From: an uncultured Spirochaetales bacterium
Lineage (GTDB): Bacteria; Spirochaetota; Spirochaetia; DAHUYW01
Assembly (NCBI GenBank): GCA_964506755.1
Contig: CAZDMH010000014.1
Location: forward strand, 107,459-139,458
Direction of reading: 5' to 3'
DNA: 32,000 bases
Shown here: positions 1-8,860 of the stretch, one piece after another
How the letters are laid out: each line of letters opens with the position of its first letter
How positions within the stretch are numbered: position 1 is the stretch's first letter
The notes under the pieces: model-generated
Database searches by the model: none
Told to the model about the DNA's origin: nothing
What the model saw: the letters and a program-made list of their open reading frames with translations, nothing else
Position numbers and translations under genes: made by a program

Positions 1-333
1 TATTACGTCGGCGGCTTCTTGCCGGTTCAACGCAAACGGTTTCTCCATGTGGACGTGCTTGCCCGCCTCCAGCGCGGCAATGGCGATGGGCGCATGCAGA
101 TAGGTCGGGAGCGCGATAGAGACCGCCTCTATCTCTTGGTCTTCGAGCAGCTCGTCGATCGAGGTGTAGACGCGCGGAACACCGTATTCTTTTGCGAGCG
201 ACTCGGCCCTCTCTCGATTGGTATCACCTATGGCTACGAGCTCGGCAGACTGATGGCTTCGGATCCCCTGACAGTGTGTCGGTGAAATCGCCCCTGCTCC
301 GATGACCGCTACCCGAGTCTTTACCGTGTCCAT
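1..333 (-). CDS. Gfo/Idh/MocA-family NAD(P)-dependent oxidoreductase (ThuB-like); N-terminal 111 codons only, gene continues past the left window edge
   Basis: Absent from the ORF track because it is open at the edge. My minus-strand translation from ATG (333..331) is [111 protein letters not shown]. It shows the Rossmann VAVIGAG start and the EKP motif typical of this family. SD-like GGGAGGGG is the complement of 338-345. The gene overlaps the upstream ThuA-like stop by 13 nt. Confidence 0.8.
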   Translation of the reverse strand, partial: MDTVKTRVAVIGAGAISPTHCQGIRSHQSAELVAIGDTNRERAESLAKEYGVPRVYTSIDELLEDQEIEAVSIALPTYLHAPIAIAALEAGKHVHMEKPFALNRQEAADVI

Positions 334-1064
334 AATGCCCCTCCCTCGATCGGCGACGGCCGATTCGGGGCCTCGTTCGTACTTCTGCTGATACGACGGC
401 GAGCCCATCGGGCAGCGTTCTCGAGCACTCGTTGCACGTTCGCGTCGTGGTAGATCGGATAGGTTTCGTGGCCGGGACCGAAATAGAATATCCGTCCGTG
501 ACCGCGCTCCCAAACGCAGCCGCTTCGGAAGACCTCCCCTCCTGAGTACCAGGAGACGAAGATCAGCTTGTCGGGTTGGGGAATGTCGAAACGCTCGCCG
601 TACATCTCCGAATGCGGAATCTCGAAGTAGTCTCCGATGCCCTGTGTTATCTCATGAGCGGGCGCGAGATTCCAGACCCGCTCTTTTTCCCCGCTCTCGC
701 GCCAAACAAGCGAGCAGTTCGTGCCCATCAACCGGCGAAAGATCTTCGAGTAGTGCGCGGAATGCAGCACGACCAACCCCATCCCTGCAAGCACTTGCTG
801 GGCAACTCGATCGACGATTCCATCCTGCACCTCCGCGTGTGCCCCGTGCCCCCACCAGAAAAGCACGTCGGTATTCTCCAGCGCCTTCTCGCCGAGTCCA
901 TGCTCCGGTTCGTCGAGCGTAGAGGTTTCAACCTCGAAGTCGGGAGACGCCCGAAGTCGCTCTGCTATCGTCTCGTGTATCCCTTTCGGGTAGATCCGTG
1001 ACACTTCGTCTCGCTCGCGCTCATGACGATATTCGTTCCAAATTCTCACGCGTATCCTGCCCAC
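321..1064 (-). CDS. thuA: ThuA-like (trehalose utilisation) family protein
   Basis: 247-aa ORF with full-length family look: [48 protein letters not shown] start at 1064 lies 4 nt after GGAGG (complement of 1069-1073). Followed by an overlapping Gfo/Idh/MocA gene, the classic thuAB arrangement. Confidence 0.85.
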   Translation of the reverse strand: MGRIRVRIWNEYRHERERDEVSRIYPKGIHETIAERLRASPDFEVETSTLDEPEHGLGEKALENTDVLFWWGHGAHAEVQDGIVDRVAQQVLAGMGLVVLHSAHYSKIFRRLMGTNCSLVWRESGEKERVWNLAPAHEITQGIGDYFEIPHSEMYGERFDIPQPDKLIFVSWYSGGEVFRSGCVWERGHGRIFYFGPGHETYPIYHDANVQRVLENAARWARRRISRSTNEAPNRPSPIEGGALWTR

Positions 1065-1124
1065 ACATCCTCCGTATGCTGACCAGACTCCCGATTCTCC
1101 GGAGACTCTGCTGATCCTCCGCCC

Positions 1125-1535
1125 CTAATCGAACTTGCCCGTACGCCCGCCGGACACCGCATGGGCGACCATTTCGACAAGCCCGATTTCCGAGAAGGGT
1201 TTGCGAAGAACGCGATCGGCACCCGCCGCGCGCGACGCCTCGAGATCACGCTCCTCGTCATAGGCGGTCAGCATGATGATCGGAACGTGACCTTCCTCAG
1301 TGGCTTCGAGACGGCGGATCTCGCGAACCGCCTCCAGGCCGTCCATGATCGGCATTCTGAAGTCGATGAGTACCGCCGAAATGCCGCCGCCACGAAAAGC
1401 CTCAACTGCTTCTGATCCGTTTCTGGCCGGAATACATGTATAGCCCTCCTTTTCGAGAAGGGCAACGAGGTACATCCGGTTTATTGCTTCGTCTTCTGCA
1501 ACTACTATTCGAGCGGCGCTGCTCGCAAATGTCAT
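1125..1535 (-). CDS. Stand-alone response regulator receiver (CheY-like)
   Basis: The ORF track extends to 1853, but the receiver domain starts at the internal ATG at 1535 (MTFASSAARIVVAEDEAINR...). It has the acidic pocket AEDE, phospho-acceptor context VLIDFRMPIMDG, MLTA and RKP. There is no output domain. The upstream extension overlaps the ferredoxin gene in another frame. Confidence 0.85.
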   Translation of the reverse strand: MTFASSAARIVVAEDEAINRMYLVALLEKEGYTCIPARNGSEAVEAFRGGGISAVLIDFRMPIMDGLEAVREIRRLEATEEGHVPIIMLTAYDEERDLEASRAAGADRVLRKPFSEIGLVEMVAHAVSGGRTGKFD

Positions 1536-1668
1536 AGCTTGAACCGCGACTACTATACGCGTCCCCGCCGTGCTCGTCCAGCCGGAAACCGTCTCCCGGC
1601 CGGTCGATTCGCGGCGCCTCGAAGAGTTACCATCCAGGCTGCCCGCCTCCTGGGCAGCGCATTCGACC

Positions 1669-1902
1669 TCAGCGGGGGGCGGATATCCCCGGCTCGAGCA
1701 GAATGATCGCCCTCCCCGGGCAACGTTCTGCAACCAAGCGCACTCGTTGGACGAGATGAGCCGGCACGGCTTTCGACACGACGTCGGCGCGCTTGATCCC
1801 CTCTCTGAAGCGAAACAACTCGGGAAGCTCACGCACGCACAACCCCGAAGCACAACAAAGGTGCTGGTCCACTCGAACCGCTGTCGATTTGGATTTACTC
1901 AT
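1669..1902 (-). CDS. Small single-cluster ferredoxin (C-x5-C...CP, 3Fe-4S/4Fe-4S type)
   Basis: 77 aa: VRVDQHLCCASGLCVRELPELF...VAERCPGRAI. This matches the layout of the small ferredoxins that commonly partner P450s and oxidoreductases. ATG start at 1902; no strong SD. Confidence 0.65.
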   Translation of the reverse strand: MSKSKSTAVRVDQHLCCASGLCVRELPELFRFREGIKRADVVSKAVPAHLVQRVRLVAERCPGRAIILLEPGISAPR

Positions 1903-2124
1903 GGAAGTGGATTCTGCCTCGTTGGTGCCAAGCGGTCAAGGTCGAGACGCTCGACTGGTTGCCTCCGCCAAATGTAGACTACAGATGCTCGATACGGGCA
2001 CCGAAAAACTCTTTCGCTGTTGACAGCCGCCGGTGAAAATCCCATAGTGCCATGAGTGTCTAATCGTCCCCGGCAAGCGGTCGAGCTTGCTGAGGGCGGC
2101 GGAATCACGTAAAATGGAGACTGG

Positions 2125-3411
2125 ATGTCCTTATACCAGCGCGCTCTAACGCTTCGCGACAGTCGCCGCATGCCCGGCACACCGGCGCCGACAACCGATC
2201 AACAGCGGCTGCCGCCGCGCCCGGTCGAGCGTCTCATCGAAACCGTCGAGAGCATCTACAATATCAAGGAGCTCGACTCGCTGCTCGAGGCGGTACTGAC
2301 GGAGGCGCGCCGTTTCGTGAATGCGGATGCGGGTACGCTGTACCTGAAGGTCGGAGAAAGGCTTTATTTCAGCTTCGTTCAAAACGATACCCTTTTTGCC
2401 GGCGGAAAGGCCGAGAATAAGTACCTGTACTCCCAAGAGAGCCTCGTGGTAAACAAGGATTCGCTGGCCGGCTATGTTGCCGAGACGGGTGAATCGCTGT
2501 TGATCGACGATGTCTACCATATCAAAAGCAGCGTCTCCTTCTCGTTCAACCCTGCCTACGACTACAAGACGCAGTACAAGACCCAATCGATGCTGATCGT
2601 GCCTCTCAAAACCCGTGATGAGACCACCGTCGGAGTCCTACAGTTGATCAACGCCAAGACTCAAGCGGGAACGGTCATCCCTTTTTCAGAGCAGGATCGC
2701 ATCTTCATCCTCCAGTTCGCCCGAAGCGCCGCGAACACGATCGAACAGGCAAGGCTTTCTCAAGAGATGGTTCTTCGAATGGTCGAGCTTGCCGAGCTTC
2801 GCGACCCGTTCGAAACAAGCAACCACGCGAAACGCGTTGGAGCCTACTGCGTCGAGCTCTACGACCGGTGGGGCCGCAAGCAAGGTCTTCCCGAATCGGA
2901 GATCCGCAACACCAAGGAAATATTGAGGACGGCCGCGATGCTCCACGACGTCGGGAAGGTCGCAATCAGTGACATTATTCTGAAGAAGCCCGGCGAGCTG
3001 ACGGAGGAAGAAACTCGAGCGATGCGGATGCATACGATTTACGGAGCCCGTCTCTTCAAGCAGGCACGTTCCACCTGGGACCGGCTTGCCCAGGAGGTCG
3101 TCCTCAACCACCATGAGCGCTGGGACGGCAAGGGATATCCGGGGCGGGTCAACGATATCTTCGCGACGGACGTCCGGTTCGGACCCGGCAAAGTCGGAAA
3201 TGAGATACCCATCTCCGCCCGCATCGTCTCGCTCGCGGACGTCTATGACGCGCTTGTGTCAGAACGGGCCTACAAGGAAGCTTGGGACGAAGACCTGGTC
3301 CACGACTATATTCAGAATCAGAAAGGAAAGCAGTTTGATCCCGAGCTCGTGGAGCTGTTCCTCGCAATTCGGGACGTCATCGCGCAAATACACGGGAAAT
3401 ACTCCTACTAA
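2125..3411 (+). CDS. GAF-domain / HD-GYP-domain protein (putative c-di-GMP phosphodiesterase)
   Basis: 428 aa. The N-terminal half has a GAF-like pattern (ADAGTLYL...LIVPLK...GVLQLIN). The C-terminal half carries LHDVGKVAISD and HHERWDGKGYP, the HD and GYP signatures. GGAGA SD at 2116-2120. Confidence 0.85.
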   Translation: MSLYQRALTLRDSRRMPGTPAPTTDQQRLPPRPVERLIETVESIYNIKELDSLLEAVLTEARRFVNADAGTLYLKVGERLYFSFVQNDTLFAGGKAENKYLYSQESLVVNKDSLAGYVAETGESLLIDDVYHIKSSVSFSFNPAYDYKTQYKTQSMLIVPLKTRDETTVGVLQLINAKTQAGTVIPFSEQDRIFILQFARSAANTIEQARLSQEMVLRMVELAELRDPFETSNHAKRVGAYCVELYDRWGRKQGLPESEIRNTKEILRTAAMLHDVGKVAISDIILKKPGELTEEETRAMRMHTIYGARLFKQARSTWDRLAQEVVLNHHERWDGKGYPGRVNDIFATDVRFGPGKVGNEIPISARIVSLADVYDALVSERAYKEAWDEDLVHDYIQNQKGKQFDPELVELFLAIRDVIAQIHGKYSY

Positions 3412-3475
3412 CAGCAACTTCTATTCGCGATCCTTGATTTCCGATCATAATTGTTATTACTTTTGAAGGAATTGT

Positions 3476-4435
3476 ATGCGTCTTACCGATTTGCCTCTCG
3501 AGCAGCTCCCCGCCTACCAGGGCACGAACCCGCGCCCCGACGATTTCGACGACTACTGGCAAAGGGCCCTTGAAGAGCTCGACGCCCTGGCCCCAGACGT
3601 TCATCTCGAAAAGAGCGATTTCGAAACCTCTGTCGCTGACTGTTACGACCTCTATTTCACCGGAGTCCGCGGCGCAAAAATCCATGCGAAATACCTTCGC
3701 CCGAGACAGGTGCAGGAGCCGCATCCTGCGCTCCTCGAGTTTCACGGCTACAGCATGAGCTCCGGAGATTGGGCTTCCAAGCTCCATTGGGCGGCGGAAG
3801 GCATCAGTGTCTTCTCCATGGATTGCCGAGGACAGGGCGGCCTCTCCAACGACTCAAGCGCAGTGAAGGGGACGACCCTCCGAGGTCATGTCATCCGCGG
3901 ACTCGATGACTCGCCCGAAAATCTGGCCTTTCGGCAGATATTTCTCGACACCGTCGAGTTGGCACGGATCGCGATGCGGATGGACGAGGTCGACGAAGAG
4001 CGCATCGGAGCAACCGGTGCTTCGCAGGGCGGCGGGCTTACGATCGCCTGCGCTGCCCTCGAGCCTCGAATCAAGCGGGCTGCGCCGATCTATCCCTTCC
4101 TCAGCGACTACAAGCGGGCGTGGGACCTCGAGAGAACGGAACGCGCATATTCAGAAATAGAGGAGTACTTCCGCAGATTCGATCCTCAACACAATCGCGA
4201 GCGAGAAGTTTTCACGCGTCTCGGATACATTGATGTCCAACACCTGGCCCCGCGAATTCGGGCGGAGGTCGTGCTGGCAGTCGGCCTGATGGATGATGTA
4301 TGTCCACCGTCGACCCAGTTTGCCGCGTATAACAAAATCACTTCGACGAAAAACGTCGAGATCTATCCGGACTTCGGCCACGAGCCGATGCCCGGCCACC
4401 AGGATCGAGTCCACCAGTTCATGCGGAAACTCTGA
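3476..4435 (+). CDS. Carbohydrate esterase family 7 acetyl esterase (acetyl xylan esterase / cephalosporin-C deacetylase type)
   Basis: 319 aa with all three CE7 signature motifs seen in the translation: RGQ (MDCRGQGG), GxSQG (GASQGGG) and C-terminal HE (FGHEPMPGH). SD GAAGGA at 3465-3470. Confidence 0.85.
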   Translation: MRLTDLPLEQLPAYQGTNPRPDDFDDYWQRALEELDALAPDVHLEKSDFETSVADCYDLYFTGVRGAKIHAKYLRPRQVQEPHPALLEFHGYSMSSGDWASKLHWAAEGISVFSMDCRGQGGLSNDSSAVKGTTLRGHVIRGLDDSPENLAFRQIFLDTVELARIAMRMDEVDEERIGATGASQGGGLTIACAALEPRIKRAAPIYPFLSDYKRAWDLERTERAYSEIEEYFRRFDPQHNREREVFTRLGYIDVQHLAPRIRAEVVLAVGLMDDVCPPSTQFAAYNKITSTKNVEIYPDFGHEPMPGHQDRVHQFMRKL

Positions 4436-4454
4436 CAAACGAAGGAGTTTCACG

Positions 4455-5816
4455 ATGAAAGTTATGAAGTTCGGCGGAGCGAGCTTTCGTGACAGCGATT
4501 CTACGCGCTCGGTGCTCAACGCCGTGCGGATGGACGACGAACCCAAGGTGGTCGTGCTGTCTGCAATCCACAAGATTACCGATACTCTCGCACAGAGCCT
4601 TCACGATGCCCGCAGGAACGAGACGGGTGTGGCCTCTTCGATCAAGAGGATACGAGCAAGACATCAGGAGCTTGCAGACGCCTGCATCGAAGACACGAAG
4701 GTGCATGAGAGGGTGATGGCAAGGATCGACCAGAAAGTTGCCGAGCTCGAACGTCTCTTCTACGGTGCCTCGTATACGGGCGAGGTCAGCCCGCGCACCA
4801 AAGCGAAAGTGATGAGCTACGGAGAAAGGATGTCGGTCCATCTCTTCGCCGGAGTCCTGGAGTCGAACAGTATCCCGGCTGAAGCACTCGAGTCCGATGA
4901 CATCGGCATCGTCACGAGCGACGACTACGAGGCCGCTGCACCACGGTTCCCCATCATCCGGGAGAATCTCCAAGGGAATGTCTTGCCGCTCATGGAGACC
5001 GCGATTCCGGTCGTCACCGGATACTTCGGATGCAACGAGCGGGGCGAAACCACGCTCCTCGGGCGCAACAGCTCCGATTACAGCGCTGCAGTCATTGCGG
5101 ACGGGCTGGAAGCGGACCGCCTGGAGGTCTGGAAAGATGTCGACGGCTTCATGACTGCGGACCCAAGAATGGTTGCCAACGCACGACTCATTCCGCGTCT
5201 TTCCTACCAAGAGGCGGCCGAGCTTTCATATTTCGGGGCCAAGATCCTCCACCCGCGAACAGTGTCTCCCCTCATTCGGAAGCGCATACCGCTTTTTGTG
5301 AAAAACCTGGAGAATCCGAGCGCAAGCGGAACAGAGATAGCCGCGAAGCCGGAGGTTGAAAAGAACGTCATCAAGAGCGTGACATATGACCGCGACATTT
5401 CGATTTTGAAGATTCAGGGCACGGGCGTCGGCTATCGACCCGACGTGATTGTCGAGATCGGCCAGAAGCTGCACGAATCCGGAATCGAGATCTACAGCTT
5501 CATAACCTCCCAGCACTGTGTCAACCTTCTGCTCAAGACAGGCGACGTGCGGAAGGGCCAGAAGGCGATCGACTCTCTTACCGAGGATTTCATCGATGAG
5601 CTCGACCATCTCGACGATCTGGCGGTCGTCGGAGTCGTGGGAGAAGGCCTGAATGAGACGCCGGGCCTCGCCGCGAAGGTCTATTCGGCAGTCAGTGACA
5701 ACGAGGTCAATATCGAAATGATCTCCTCGGGAGCCTCCGAGGTCGCCTCATATTTCCTCGTCAAGGAACGGCATTTGTCGAGCACGGTCGGGGCAATTCA
5801 TGATTGCCTGACGTAG
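4455..5816 (+). CDS. lysC: Aspartate kinase (monofunctional, with C-terminal ACT region)
   Basis: The ORF track starts at 4293, but the family N-terminus MKVMKFGGASFRDS begins at ATG 4455, preceded by GAAGGAG (4441-4447). Other family marks are VVVLSAI, TGYFG, GRNSSDYSAA and FGAKILHPRT. The earlier start would overlap the CE7 gene. Confidence 0.9.
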   Translation: MKVMKFGGASFRDSDSTRSVLNAVRMDDEPKVVVLSAIHKITDTLAQSLHDARRNETGVASSIKRIRARHQELADACIEDTKVHERVMARIDQKVAELERLFYGASYTGEVSPRTKAKVMSYGERMSVHLFAGVLESNSIPAEALESDDIGIVTSDDYEAAAPRFPIIRENLQGNVLPLMETAIPVVTGYFGCNERGETTLLGRNSSDYSAAVIADGLEADRLEVWKDVDGFMTADPRMVANARLIPRLSYQEAAELSYFGAKILHPRTVSPLIRKRIPLFVKNLENPSASGTEIAAKPEVEKNVIKSVTYDRDISILKIQGTGVGYRPDVIVEIGQKLHESGIEIYSFITSQHCVNLLLKTGDVRKGQKAIDSLTEDFIDELDHLDDLAVVGVVGEGLNETPGLAAKVYSAVSDNEVNIEMISSGASEVASYFLVKERHLSSTVGAIHDCLT

Positions 5817-5818
5817 CT

Positions 5819-6514
5819 CTACTTCGAGAAATCGGCATCTATGCCGAGGTCGGCGCAGACGCGTTCGAGGCAGGTGGCACGGTCGATCTCGCCCCGTAGA
5901 TGGAGAGAGAGCAGCTCCCTGATACGCGGCGAGAATTGCTCCCAATAGCGGCGCTGCCAATCCGGTATTTCCTGATTCAGCTTCACCTGCTCGGAAACGC
6001 TCATCGACTCGTCACCGTAGGCGAGAAACTGTGTCACCATCGTCAAGATGACATCGGGTTTGAGGCGGGTGGTGCCCTTGCGGGGGGCTCTGCCCTTGCC
6101 TCTCGAAGCGGTTTTCTTGCTTTCACCGACGGCCGATTCAGACGCGGGGGACCGGTCCGCGCTATCGTCTTCTGACCCCCGATCGCTGCCGGCCTGAGCT
6201 TCCCGGTTCTCGGGTATCCAGGAATCGAGCAGCTCGTGAATCTGAGCGTCGGTCAACTCAGGCGCCTGCTTTTTCAAGGTTTCGGCCGCGAAGCTCGTTA
6301 CCATCGACCGAATCTGGTCAATCGACAGTCCGAGTTGCTCCCGTATGCTGGACGCCGTTCGCCGTGCAATGCGTCCCGGATCGACCCCCATCGCACCATG
6401 GGCGCGTTTGCCCTCGACCCGCCGCTTCAGCGCCGACCGTACAACCTCGAGCTCCTGCTCCGATGCCTCGTTGAGAATGAACTCGATGACGTCGTAGAGC
6501 CTGTCTCCCTTCAT
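5819..6514 (-). CDS. Hypothetical protein, 231 aa (two helical regions separated by a charged disordered linker)
   Basis: This is the C-terminal part of the 503-aa track ORF. The real start is most plausibly ATG 6514 (MKGDRLYDVIEFILNEASEQELE...), with AGGGAG SD (complement of 6515-6520) overlapping the ychF stop. I recognise no family. Confidence 0.55.
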   Translation of the reverse strand: MKGDRLYDVIEFILNEASEQELEVVRSALKRRVEGKRAHGAMGVDPGRIARRTASSIREQLGLSIDQIRSMVTSFAAETLKKQAPELTDAQIHELLDSWIPENREAQAGSDRGSEDDSADRSPASESAVGESKKTASRGKGRAPRKGTTRLKPDVILTMVTQFLAYGDESMSVSEQVKLNQEIPDWQRRYWEQFSPRIRELLSLHLRGEIDRATCLERVCADLGIDADFSK

Positions 6515-6519
6515 CTCCC

Positions 6520-7644
6520 TCACACGTTGAATCGAAAGTGCATGATGTCGCCGTCTTGGACGACGTAGTCCTTTCCCTCTATTCGAAGTCTTCCGGCCTC
6601 CCGAACCTTCTGCTCCGAACCGAGCTCGAAGAGGTCGTTGCAGTGATATACCTCGGCCTTGATGAAGCCCTTTTCGAAATCGGTATGGATGACACCGGCC
6701 GCCTGCGGTGCCTTCTCGCCGGCATTGATGGTCCACGCGCGAACCTCTTTCGGGCCTGCCGTGAAGTAGGTCCTGAGACCGAGCATACGGTAGCCGGCAT
6801 GGATTAGCCGATCGAGGCCGGATTCGCTGAGCCCCGCCTCCTCGAGGAACTGCCTCTTGTCTTCCTCCGATCCCAGTGCCGCAATCTCCGCCTCGAGCTG
6901 GCCGCACACGACGATCACCTCCGAGCCTTCCTGCTCGGCGATGACCCGCACCCGAGAAACCGTCTCCGGCTCCTTCCCTTCGAGAAATTCCGTAAGACCC
7001 GACTCGTCGACGTTGCAGAGGTAGAGTTGATCCTTCATCGTCATCAGCTGAAGGTCGCTGAGAAGCGCCTTCTGCTCGGGCGAAAGCCCGAGTGAACGGG
7101 CGGGTTTGCCCTCTCCGAGCGCGGTGCGCAGCTGCTCGAGAAGCGGAATGGCGGCCTTCGCCGACTTGGCCACCTCTTTCTCCTGCGCCCGGGTGAGCTT
7201 TTCGGCACGCACGAGACGTTTTTCCACTGTCTCGAGATCGGCAAGAGCGAGCTCGACGCCCACGATCTCGATATCGAATGCAGGGTCGACCTTCCCGGTC
7301 ACATGCACGATGTCGGGATTCTCGAAGCAACGCACGACGTGAACGATGACTCCGACGCTGCGGATGTGGGAGAGGAACTGGTTGCCCAGCCCCTCTCCCT
7401 TCGAGGCGCCCTTCACGAGGCCGGCAATATCGACGAACTCGACCGTGGCCGGGATGATTTTTTCCGGTGGGATGATCTCAGCGATCCGTGCGAGACGTGC
7501 GTCGGGGACACCGACAATTCCGACGTTCGGTTCGATCGTGCAAAAGGGATAGTTGGCCGCCTCGGCCGGGGCGGAGCTGAGAGCCGAAAAGATGGTCGAC
7601 TTTCCCACGTTGGGGAGTCCGACGATACCGCAATTGAGAGCCAT
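6520..7644 (-). CDS. ychF: Redox-regulated ATPase YchF (Obg-like GTPase/ATPase family)
   Basis: 374 aa: MALNCGIVGLPNVGKSTIFSALS, FCTIEPNVGIV, FVDIAGLVKGAS and the C-terminal TGS-like DGDIMHFRFNV. AAGGAAAG SD upstream. Confidence 0.95.
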   Translation of the reverse strand: MALNCGIVGLPNVGKSTIFSALSSAPAEAANYPFCTIEPNVGIVGVPDARLARIAEIIPPEKIIPATVEFVDIAGLVKGASKGEGLGNQFLSHIRSVGVIVHVVRCFENPDIVHVTGKVDPAFDIEIVGVELALADLETVEKRLVRAEKLTRAQEKEVAKSAKAAIPLLEQLRTALGEGKPARSLGLSPEQKALLSDLQLMTMKDQLYLCNVDESGLTEFLEGKEPETVSRVRVIAEQEGSEVIVVCGQLEAEIAALGSEEDKRQFLEEAGLSESGLDRLIHAGYRMLGLRTYFTAGPKEVRAWTINAGEKAPQAAGVIHTDFEKGFIKAEVYHCNDLFELGSEQKVREAGRLRIEGKDYVVQDGDIMHFRFNV

Positions 7645-7714
7645 TTTCTTTCCTTAAAGAACATGTTGTCGGCGAGCGCACCATCGACACTCGAGAGTAG
7701 GGCTCGGCCGCCCG

Positions 7715-7990
7715 CTATTGGCCGGATTCACTTTCTCGGCTCGGAGCTTGCGTTTCCGGGTTGGATCCGATCGCTTCGCGCCGCTCTATGGCGGTCAGCC
7801 GTGATTCAATCTCCTCGACCCTGGCCGCGAGACCGGAGACGCCATTTGCCGACGACCTGCGCTCCTTGAACCATCGCGCCGAAATCGCGAGCGCGGTAAG
7901 GCAAAGGATAATCGCGACGACGAGGGGGACCAGCCAAACGAGAACGTCTTTCAGTCCATGCAGGATGATAAAAAACTGGTATGTCGACAT
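7715..7990 (-). CDS. Small single-pass membrane protein with C-terminal coiled segment (architecture reminiscent of PspB; not assigned)
   Basis: MSTYQFFIILHGLKDVLVWLVPLVVAIILCLTALAISARWFKERR...ARVEEIESRLTAIERRE. One clear TM helix is followed by a basic stretch and a heptad-like helix. The start is ambiguous: ATG 7990 or GTG 8020. Confidence 0.4.
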   Translation of the reverse strand: MSTYQFFIILHGLKDVLVWLVPLVVAIILCLTALAISARWFKERRSSANGVSGLAARVEEIESRLTAIERREAIGSNPETQAPSRESESGQ

Positions 7991-8024
7991 GCCTCTCGGC
8001 AGTGAAGCTACCCCGCGCACTGCA

Positions 8025-8058
8025 AAAAATCAACCCGCCGCGAGTTCGCTGCCGCGGT
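8025..8058 (-). terminator. Weak hairpin plus U-run downstream of the otsB-like gene
   Basis: The minus-strand RNA would read CCGCG-gcagcgaact-CGCGG, then cggguuga, then UUUUUU (complement of 8025-8030). The stem is short (5 bp) and is 8 nt from the U-run. Confidence 0.25.
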
Positions 8059-8080
8059 CTGCAGCAGTCTTCCGACGCGA

Positions 8081-8860
8081 CTACATACTTTCGAGCATCA
8101 AACGAAGCCAAGCGCGCACGGAGCCGGGGTCGGGAAGGCTGCAATCCGCTCCCGACGTTTCTGCCGGATAGCGATCTCCCACGAGGATTGTCAGTCCCCC
8201 GTCTCGGTGAATCGCATCGAAGGCCTCGATATCCTTGTCGTCGTCGCCGAAATAGAGGGACAGCGCTGATATGCCCCTCTGTCGCAGGAGGAACTCCACC
8301 CCGTCACGCTTGTTCGCGGCCCGCGGTGCGGCCTCGAGAAACCGGTCGTCTTCGAGGAGACGGAAACCCGCAGGAATCCCCACTGCCTCTGCAAGATCAC
8401 GGGCAGAGGTAAGGACGCGGTCGGCGTCTTCTGCTCGAGCAAGCCGTGCATGGATGGCGACAGACCAGCCCTTGTCTTCCAGGAAGAAACCGGGAGCCCC
8501 CCCAAAAACCTCCCTCCACATCGGTATGAGCGTTTCGAGAAAGGGTCTCACCTCCTCGCGGCGTAGTCGCTCGATTCGTTCACCGTCTGAGGTACGAAGC
8601 TCGACTCCGTAGCTTCCTGCGAGAGTCATCCCTTCGACCGGCATGAGCGCTTCCACGGCGGCGAGACTTCTGCCGCTCAGGATAGTAGGGCTGATACGAG
8701 GGGACGCTGTCATGCGGGTCAGGAGCTCTACCACCTCGCGGTCGGGCTCGATGTGCTCGGGAGTAGGCGCGAACTCCGCGAGGGTTCCATCATAGTCGAG
8801 GAACAGTGATACCGCAGGCCGGGCAAGCACGAGGCTGAGCAGATCCCGCTCCGAGATCAT
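8081..8860 (-). CDS. otsB: HAD-superfamily sugar-phosphate phosphatase, trehalose-6-phosphate phosphatase (OtsB)-like
   Basis: HAD motif I LFLDYDGTL and motif III YFGDDDKDIEAF. I prefer ATG 8860, which forms an ATGA overlap with the upstream GT4 stop (8857-8860), over the GTG at 8914. Confidence 0.8.
   Translation of the reverse strand: MISERDLLSLVLARPAVSLFLDYDGTLAEFAPTPEHIEPDREVVELLTRMTASPRISPTILSGRSLAAVEALMPVEGMTLAGSYGVELRTSDGERIERLRREEVRPFLETLIPMWREVFGGAPGFFLEDKGWSVAIHARLARAEDADRVLTSARDLAEAVGIPAGFRLLEDDRFLEAAPRAANKRDGVEFLLRQRGISALSLYFGDDDKDIEAFDAIHRDGGLTILVGDRYPAETSGADCSLPDPGSVRAWLRLMLESM

Noticed and set aside
19-285. 88-aa plus-strand ORF at the left edge
   Set aside because: It is antisense to the edge-truncated Gfo/Idh/MocA gene, whose translation shows clear Rossmann and EKP motifs.
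1638-1658. Hairpin GCTGCCC-gcctcct-GGGCAGC 10 nt downstream of the ferredoxin stop (minus strand), with an AGGAGG-like loop
   Set aside because: There is no U tract and no start codon at a suitable distance from the SD-like loop. I cannot support a terminator or attenuator call from sequence alone.
1536-1853. N-terminal extension of the response-regulator ORF (track 1125..1853)
   Set aside because: The extension has no receiver-domain similarity and is Cys/Ser/Arg-rich. It overlaps the ferredoxin gene in another frame. The receiver domain starts cleanly at ATG 1535.
2088-2115. TTGCTG-17-TAAAAT promoter-like element just upstream of the GAF/HD-GYP gene
   Set aside because: The -10 ends only 9 nt before the ATG and overlaps the SD region. 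That would imply a leaderless transcript, which conflicts with the apparent SD, so it is too ambiguous to call.
6515-7330. Upstream 270-codon extension of the 503-aa ORF 5819..7330, which overlaps ychF on the same strand
   Set aside because: The extension is Arg/Gly/Ala/Pro-rich low-complexity sequence in an alternative frame of the very well supported ychF gene. This is a typical open-frame artefact of GC-rich DNA. Only the part from ATG 6514 downward, which has an SD, is kept.
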